Assembly: GCA_963789265.1 (NCBI GenBank)
Contig: CAWBKB010000001.1
Location: forward strand, 1,088,001-1,152,000
From: an uncultured delta proteobacterium
Lineage (GTDB): Bacteria; Desulfobacterota; Desulfomonilia; Desulfomonilales; Desulfomonilaceae
DNA length: 64,000 nt
Direction of reading: 5' to 3'
The notes below the pieces were generated by a model. It made no database searches. It had not been told where the DNA came from and was given only the letters and a program-made list of their open reading frames with translations. The position numbers and the translations under genes were made by a program. This document shows positions 58,824 through 64,000 of the stretch, one piece after another. Numbering within the stretch: position 1 is the stretch's first letter; every line of letters begins with the position of its first letter.

Positions 58824-61493
58824 ATGGCGCCTTTTTGCAGCCTCACTTCCATCGTCGGCTGGATGTTGGCCACGGTGTTGTTTTGGATGGTTCCCATGAA
58901 TGCAAATGCAATGGAGGAAAAGTTGAAGCATTTTACACTATCAAACGGCTTGAACGTTTTCATCAAGGAGGATCATGCCCGTAAAGTGGCGGCCATACAG
59001 CTTTGGGTCATGGTTGGAAGCGCTGCCGAGGAACCTTCGGAATTGGGCATCAGCCACCTCATTGAGCACATGGCCTTCAAGGGGACAGAACGGCGAGGGG
59101 TTGGACAAATCGCTTCTGAAGTTGAGGCCCTTGGAGGAGAAATTAATGCTTATACCAGTTGGGATGAGACTGTTTTTCACATCACCGTGCCGTCGAGTGC
59201 AACTTCACAGGGCCTCGACATTCTGACCGATGCTGTAATGAGGCCCGTTATTGATCCCAAAGAACTCGCTAAGGAAAAACAAGTCGTCCTCGAGGAAATT
59301 CTGGAAGGGGACGAGCGGCCTGAAAGAGTGGCATCAAAGCAGCTCTTCATGACGGCATACAAGAGCAGTCCGTATCGCTTTCCCGTCATAGGATACAAGG
59401 AGCAAGTTGAAAAGTATGGCCGGAAGGAGATACTCGATTTTCGCAAGAAATGGTACGTCCCTGACAACATGTTCCTGCTCATTGTAGGAGATGTGGACAG
59501 CGCCAAGCTACGTGGTGAAATCGAGCATTACATGGGCGATTTCAAACCCAAAGGTTTTTTCAGGTCTCCCAGAGCGGTTGAACCGCCCCAAAAAGAAATC
59601 AGAAGCTCTCTCATCAGAGATCGCAATGCCAGGGAGACCCGCCTAAATATCGCATTTCACATACAGTCCATGAAAGGACCGGACGTCAACGCCCTGGATC
59701 TTGCCGCAGATGTCCTCGGATCTAGAGAGAGTTCCCGTCTTGTGAGGATTCTCAAGAAGGAGAAAGCCCTGGTTCATTCCATTTCCGCGTACTCTATCAC
59801 ACCCAAGGAACCCGGCATTATGGCGATCTCCGCGACCCTTGACGCCAAAAACCTGGAAGCAGCTACGCAAGAAATAATGAAGGAACTGGCTCGGCTGGCA
59901 AAGGAGCCGCCTTCCGCGAAAGAACTGGAGCGTGCGCAAATTCATATTGAATCTCAGCACCTGTATGCGAGAGAAACGGTCCAGGGAATGGCTCGGAGCA
60001 TCGGTAGTTTTCAAGCCGACATAGGCGATGCCGGTTATGAAGCAAAGTATCTCAGCCTCAATAACGCGGTGACCCCGAAACAGGTGTCTGAGGTAGTCGG
60101 TCGGTACCTTGTGCCCCCAAATGTCACCGTTTCAATTCTGATACCTGGCGGTGACCGCCAAGATTTTCAAATTCAGAAGTTGACGGAGATCGTAAACTCT
60201 TTCAAACCAAAGGTAAAAGCCGCCGCGCAAGCAGTATCCACGTCACAGGTTGTTACGCGGACACTGCCGAACGGGATTCATGTGGTCCTGCTCCCCGATG
60301 ATTCCAATCCGGTTGTTTCGTTCAGGATAGCGTGTCTCGGCGGAAAGCGTTTTGAGAACAAACAAAACCAGGGCATCATGAACTTCATAGCGCAGATGTT
60401 GAACAAAGGAACAAGTAAGCTGAGCGAAGTAGAGATATCTCGGAAGGTCGAGGATATGGGCGGCCGTCTCAACGGGTTCTCCGGATATGATTCATTCGGC
60501 CTTTATGGTAATTTTTTCAGCCGTTATATGGATTCGGGCCTTCAGCTTCTGGCGGAGCTATACACAGAGCCGATGTTTCCGCAGGACAAACTGGAGAGGG
60601 AGCGAAACCTAATCTTAAACCGGATTAAGACGGAGCCGGACAGACCGGTACCTTACGCGATCAGAGTCTTGAATGGTAATCTATTCCACAATCACCCCTA
60701 TGGATTTGATCTAGAGGGGACACTTGCCACGGTATCGGGATTCACAGCGGCCGACCTCAAGGAGGCTTACGAGCGCTTCGCTGTTCCGTCCAACACGGTC
60801 ATCACCGGCACCGGTGACATGGACCCGCAAAAGGTCATGGATCGAATAAACGAACTTTTCGGAAAGATTCCGGCAAAGGCTCTGGACCGTCCGGAGATCC
60901 CGCCTGAGGAGCCTTTGAACAAGGCCAGAGAAAATATCGTCCGCATTCCCAGGGCCAAGGCACATCTGGTGATCGGCTTCAGGGGAACCACTCTGGTCGA
61001 CCAAGATCGCTATGCCCTCGATGTGCTGAGCAACATCTTGGCAGGGCAGGGGGGGCGCCTGTTCCTACAACTCAGAGACAAGCAGTCATTGGCGTACACC
61101 GTGACGTCGTTTGATCGACCCGGTATAGATCCCGGCGTGTTTGCTTTTTATATGGCGTGCGACGTATCTAAAGCCGACCGCGCTCTTAAGGGATTGTATC
61201 GGCAGATCGAACTCATACAGAAGGCGCCTGTTAGCAACGAGGAACTTCACCGAGGGATCACCAACCTGATCGGCAATCATCAGATATCCTTGCAGAGTTC
61301 ATGGTCGCGAGCCGAAAATATCGCCTTGAACACGCTTTATGGTTTGGGATATGATTATGAAAGTAAATACATCAAAAAGATATCGGAAGTGAGCGCGGCT
61401 GATGTGCTCGGAGTGGCAAAGAAATATCTTAATTTAAAGAATTGCGCGACCGTAAAAATTCTTCCCCCGGAAAGTGAAAAGAAGGGAGAATAG
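58824..61493 (+). CDS. M16 family (pitrilysin-like) zinc peptidase
   Basis: HLIEH inverted zinc motif, NAYTS, duplicated halves, signal peptide. Confidence 0.95.
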   Translation: MAPFCSLTSIVGWMLATVLFWMVPMNANAMEEKLKHFTLSNGLNVFIKEDHARKVAAIQLWVMVGSAAEEPSELGISHLIEHMAFKGTERRGVGQIASEVEALGGEINAYTSWDETVFHITVPSSATSQGLDILTDAVMRPVIDPKELAKEKQVVLEEILEGDERPERVASKQLFMTAYKSSPYRFPVIGYKEQVEKYGRKEILDFRKKWYVPDNMFLLIVGDVDSAKLRGEIEHYMGDFKPKGFFRSPRAVEPPQKEIRSSLIRDRNARETRLNIAFHIQSMKGPDVNALDLAADVLGSRESSRLVRILKKEKALVHSISAYSITPKEPGIMAISATLDAKNLEAATQEIMKELARLAKEPPSAKELERAQIHIESQHLYARETVQGMARSIGSFQADIGDAGYEAKYLSLNNAVTPKQVSEVVGRYLVPPNVTVSILIPGGDRQDFQIQKLTEIVNSFKPKVKAAAQAVSTSQVVTRTLPNGIHVVLLPDDSNPVVSFRIACLGGKRFENKQNQGIMNFIAQMLNKGTSKLSEVEISRKVEDMGGRLNGFSGYDSFGLYGNFFSRYMDSGLQLLAELYTEPMFPQDKLERERNLILNRIKTEPDRPVPYAIRVLNGNLFHNHPYGFDLEGTLATVSGFTAADLKEAYERFAVPSNTVITGTGDMDPQKVMDRINELFGKIPAKALDRPEIPPEEPLNKARENIVRIPRAKAHLVIGFRGTTLVDQDRYALDVLSNILAGQGGRLFLQLRDKQSLAYTVTSFDRPGIDPGVFAFYMACDVSKADRALKGLYRQIELIQKAPVSNEELHRGITNLIGNHQISLQSSWSRAENIALNTLYGLGYDYESKYIKKISEVSAADVLGVAKKYLNLKNCATVKILPPESEKKGE

Positions 61494-61556
61494 GCTGAAA
61501 GAAAGCTTTGTTTACGCTAACTTCCTAGAACTTCAGATGCTAAGGGGGGGGCGGCA

Positions 61557-63239
61557 TTGAGTGGAGTATCCGGTTCAATCCGTGGTCTTAAGGCCTCCCA
61601 GAGGACCAGGGTGGAGCGATTGGCCCTCAGGAGGATTCCTGTCGGCCGGGTGGTTACACAGGAGATGGCGCGCCACCTGGCAGGGATTTCCCGTGAGATT
61701 AGCCGTCAGATCGGTATTCTTGTAGATCGCAAGGGGAACGTGCGACGCGTGGTAGTTGGAGATGCTCGCTCCGTCATGATCCCTAAACTGGACGGATGGC
61801 GGGTAGGCGCCGGGCGGCTACGTGGTCTCAGGCTCATTCACACCCATCTCAAGGATGAGCCGCTCAGCCAGGAAGATTTGACCGACCTTGCTCTGCTTCG
61901 CCTCGATTTGGTGGCGTCTATTGGAGTAGACAGTCAAGGCTTGCCGACCGTGGTTCGCATGGCCCATCTTTTGCCGGACAATCCGCGAGGCGAAGTTTGG
62001 CAGCTACTTGAACCGGTTCCACCGTCTTTGCTTACCTTGGACTTCGGCGCCTTTATCAAATCTCTGGAAGATGAAATATCGAGGTCTGTCAGCGCTCGTT
62101 CTGTGGCGGCTGCCGAGCGGGCCTATCTGGTCGGAAGAACTACGGGTAATGAATGGGAGATCGAAGAATCTTTGGATGAGCTTAAGGAACTTGCTCGATC
62201 TTCCGGAGTTGATGTAGTGGGGACGGCCATCCAACGTCGCGACACTGCTCATCCCCGTTTTGTAGTCGGGAAGGGAAAACTCAAGGAGATAGTGATTGAT
62301 GCGCTACAAAAGGGCGCGAGCCTTATGGTCTTCGATACGGAACTCAGTCCCGCGCAGGTAAAGGCGATCGGAGAATTCACCGAATTGAAGGTTATTGATC
62401 GCTCGCAACTGATCCTGGACATTTTTGCGCAGAGGGCCAAGTCTCGTGAAGGGAAAATACAGGTAGAGCTTGCCCAGTTGAAATATGCCCTTCCCAGGCT
62501 TGCAGAGAAGGATGACTCGCTTTCGCGTTTGACCGGCGGAATCGGAGGTCGCGGTCCTGGAGAAACTAAGTTGGAAATTGACCGTAGACGGATTCACAGC
62601 CGAATCGGATTTTTGGAGAAACAGATTCAGCAGCTCGGAAAGCGCCGTTCCCTTAGAAGGGAACTTCGGAACAGAAGGGGCGTACCGGTAATCTCCATCG
62701 TGGGTTATACCAACGCCGGGAAATCGACCCTTTTGAACAACCTGACGAAATCGGACATTCTTGTGGAAGATAAGCTCTTTGCGACCTTGGATCCAACCAG
62801 TCGGCGGCTGAGATTTCCTCGAGAAACCGAAGTAATCGTAACCGATACCGTGGGCTTCTTGCAGGATCTTCCCGAGACGCTTGTGACTGCCTTCTCCGCG
62901 ACCCTCGATGAGCTTGCCGATGCGGACCTTCTTCTCCACGTCATAGATTGTTCCAATCATGCCTTTGAAATGCAGTTGGCCGCGGTAGAGAGACTGCTGG
63001 AACAGCTTAACCTTGGCGGGGTCCCAATGATTAGGGTCTTTAATAAGCAGGACCTTGTCGATCCGGTAACTTTGGGCAATATTTGCGCCGGTTATGACGG
63101 AATCGGAATTTCTGCCATTAACACTAAGACATTTCCACCACTTATAAAACGGATGGAAGACGAAATACTGAGAAAGCTGTCTATGTCGAGGAATATGACA
63201 GTCGATCGTCGTTTGGCCCCCCAACCCGGCCTTTCCTGA
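61557..63239 (+). CDS. hflX: GTPase HflX (long form)
   Basis: GPGETKLEIDRR, GYTNAGKST, LFATLDPT, DTVGF. Confidence 0.96.
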   Translation: MSGVSGSIRGLKASQRTRVERLALRRIPVGRVVTQEMARHLAGISREISRQIGILVDRKGNVRRVVVGDARSVMIPKLDGWRVGAGRLRGLRLIHTHLKDEPLSQEDLTDLALLRLDLVASIGVDSQGLPTVVRMAHLLPDNPRGEVWQLLEPVPPSLLTLDFGAFIKSLEDEISRSVSARSVAAAERAYLVGRTTGNEWEIEESLDELKELARSSGVDVVGTAIQRRDTAHPRFVVGKGKLKEIVIDALQKGASLMVFDTELSPAQVKAIGEFTELKVIDRSQLILDIFAQRAKSREGKIQVELAQLKYALPRLAEKDDSLSRLTGGIGGRGPGETKLEIDRRRIHSRIGFLEKQIQQLGKRRSLRRELRNRRGVPVISIVGYTNAGKSTLLNNLTKSDILVEDKLFATLDPTSRRLRFPRETEVIVTDTVGFLQDLPETLVTAFSATLDELADADLLLHVIDCSNHAFEMQLAAVERLLEQLNLGGVPMIRVFNKQDLVDPVTLGNICAGYDGIGISAINTKTFPPLIKRMEDEILRKLSMSRNMTVDRRLAPQPGLS

Positions 63240-63329
63240 TGGCACTTTTCGAGGGGAAGAGGATCGGATCGAAAAGATTTCTTCTCCGAGCTTTTTTCGA
63301 CATTGCGGATATGTCAGATAGGAGTGACC

Positions 63330-63755
63330 GTGCAGAATCCGACCCTTCTTCAGAGGACGCATGGTGAATACGACGAGCGTTTTTTGGAATTCATAAAGCT
63401 CCTCGCGGCCATCGAAAGAAACCACGGGCTTTTCCCGAAAGATTGCCGAACGTGTGGACGAAAGTTCGTCAGCTTCTCGGAATACTTTTGGGCCACTACC
63501 TGTAAAGGTCACGGTTTGGAAGATTGCAGCGACGTCATGCTAAGACCGTTCACGATGATTTATCGCCACTGTCCATGCGGGAACACCCTTGTTGTGACTT
63601 TGACCCGGGAAACCTTCCCCATGTTGGACAATTTGTGGGCCATGTTACAACGCGTAGCCGCAGAAAGACAGGAACCGCTTCAGACGGTGGTTTCTCAGTT
63701 TGTGGAAAAGTGTTCGGACTATATTCTGGCACGAAACAAGCCATGTCCAGTGTGA
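63330..63755 (+). CDS. Hypothetical Cys-rich protein
   Basis: FPKDCRTCG ... RHCPCGNTL; start uncertain. Confidence 0.65.
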   Translation: MQNPTLLQRTHGEYDERFLEFIKLLAAIERNHGLFPKDCRTCGRKFVSFSEYFWATTCKGHGLEDCSDVMLRPFTMIYRHCPCGNTLVVTLTRETFPMLDNLWAMLQRVAAERQEPLQTVVSQFVEKCSDYILARNKPCPV

Positions 63756-63773
63756 CGTCGGCAACTCAGCAGG

Positions 63774-64000
63774 ATGAATCGAGCAGTCAGCAACATACTT
63801 TTTGATCTGGGGAATGTGCTTATCCCGGTTCACTTGGAAACAGCTTTCCGGAAATTGCTTCCGCACCTGCCGCCTGATCGTGCCAAGCTCATGAAAGAAG
63901 ATAGGGAAGCTTTTATTGATTTGTTGCGTGAACCTGCTACAGCCCTGGAAAAAGGAGCAACGGATGCCGAGCAGTTCTACAGAACTTCTGCCGATCTGCT
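63774..64000 (+). CDS. HAD family phosphatase (partial, runs off the window end)
   Basis: MNRAVSNILFDLGNVLI, open to the end of the window. Confidence 0.8.
   Translation, partial: MNRAVSNILFDLGNVLIPVHLETAFRKLLPHLPPDRAKLMKEDREAFIDLLREPATALEKGATDAEQFYRTSADL

Noticed and set aside
62304..63512. Long antisense ORFs (also 12208-13245, 38509-39285, 51074-51895)
   Set aside because: They overlap better-supported genes on the opposite strand and have no motifs.

Overview
A bacterial chromosomal window. Gene content suggests an anaerobic deltaproteobacterium (Desulfobacterota, possibly Desulfomonile-like); this is inference. The flanks carry ordinary genes: dnaJ-cbpM, TPR protein, HAD-IIA hydrolase, glutaredoxin-FTR, Tat-exported SOD, penicillin acylase and GalT-like on the left; M50 protease, GspE/PilB ATPase, ihfB, HU, GTPase, M16 peptidase and hflX on the right. 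Palindromic REP/MITE-like elements are frequent. The ~18.4-52 kb centre is accessory. (1) An all-minus-strand run of unrelated cargo genes is punctuated by four, possibly five, same-orientation ~110-bp degenerate repeats resembling the 3' tail of a REP-associated tyrosine transposase, giving a cassette-like array. (2) Two tRNA-Glu 3'-end fragments flank hicBA. (3) A catabolic cluster is built around a glycyl radical enzyme with an unusual GCVY Cys loop, with its activase, an HcrA-like molybdo-flavoenzyme, CoA-ester enzymes and two TetRs with visible operator candidates. (4) A 9.3-kb island without an integrase is bounded by a 47-bp tRNA-Thr(CGT) direct repeat. Two paralogous 32-aa hydrophobic microprotein genes, too short for the ORF track, sit one in each accessory block. 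Eight frameshifts can each be repaired by removing one base and are probably sequencing errors. All calls were made by eye without database searches, so repeat boundaries may be off by a few bases.
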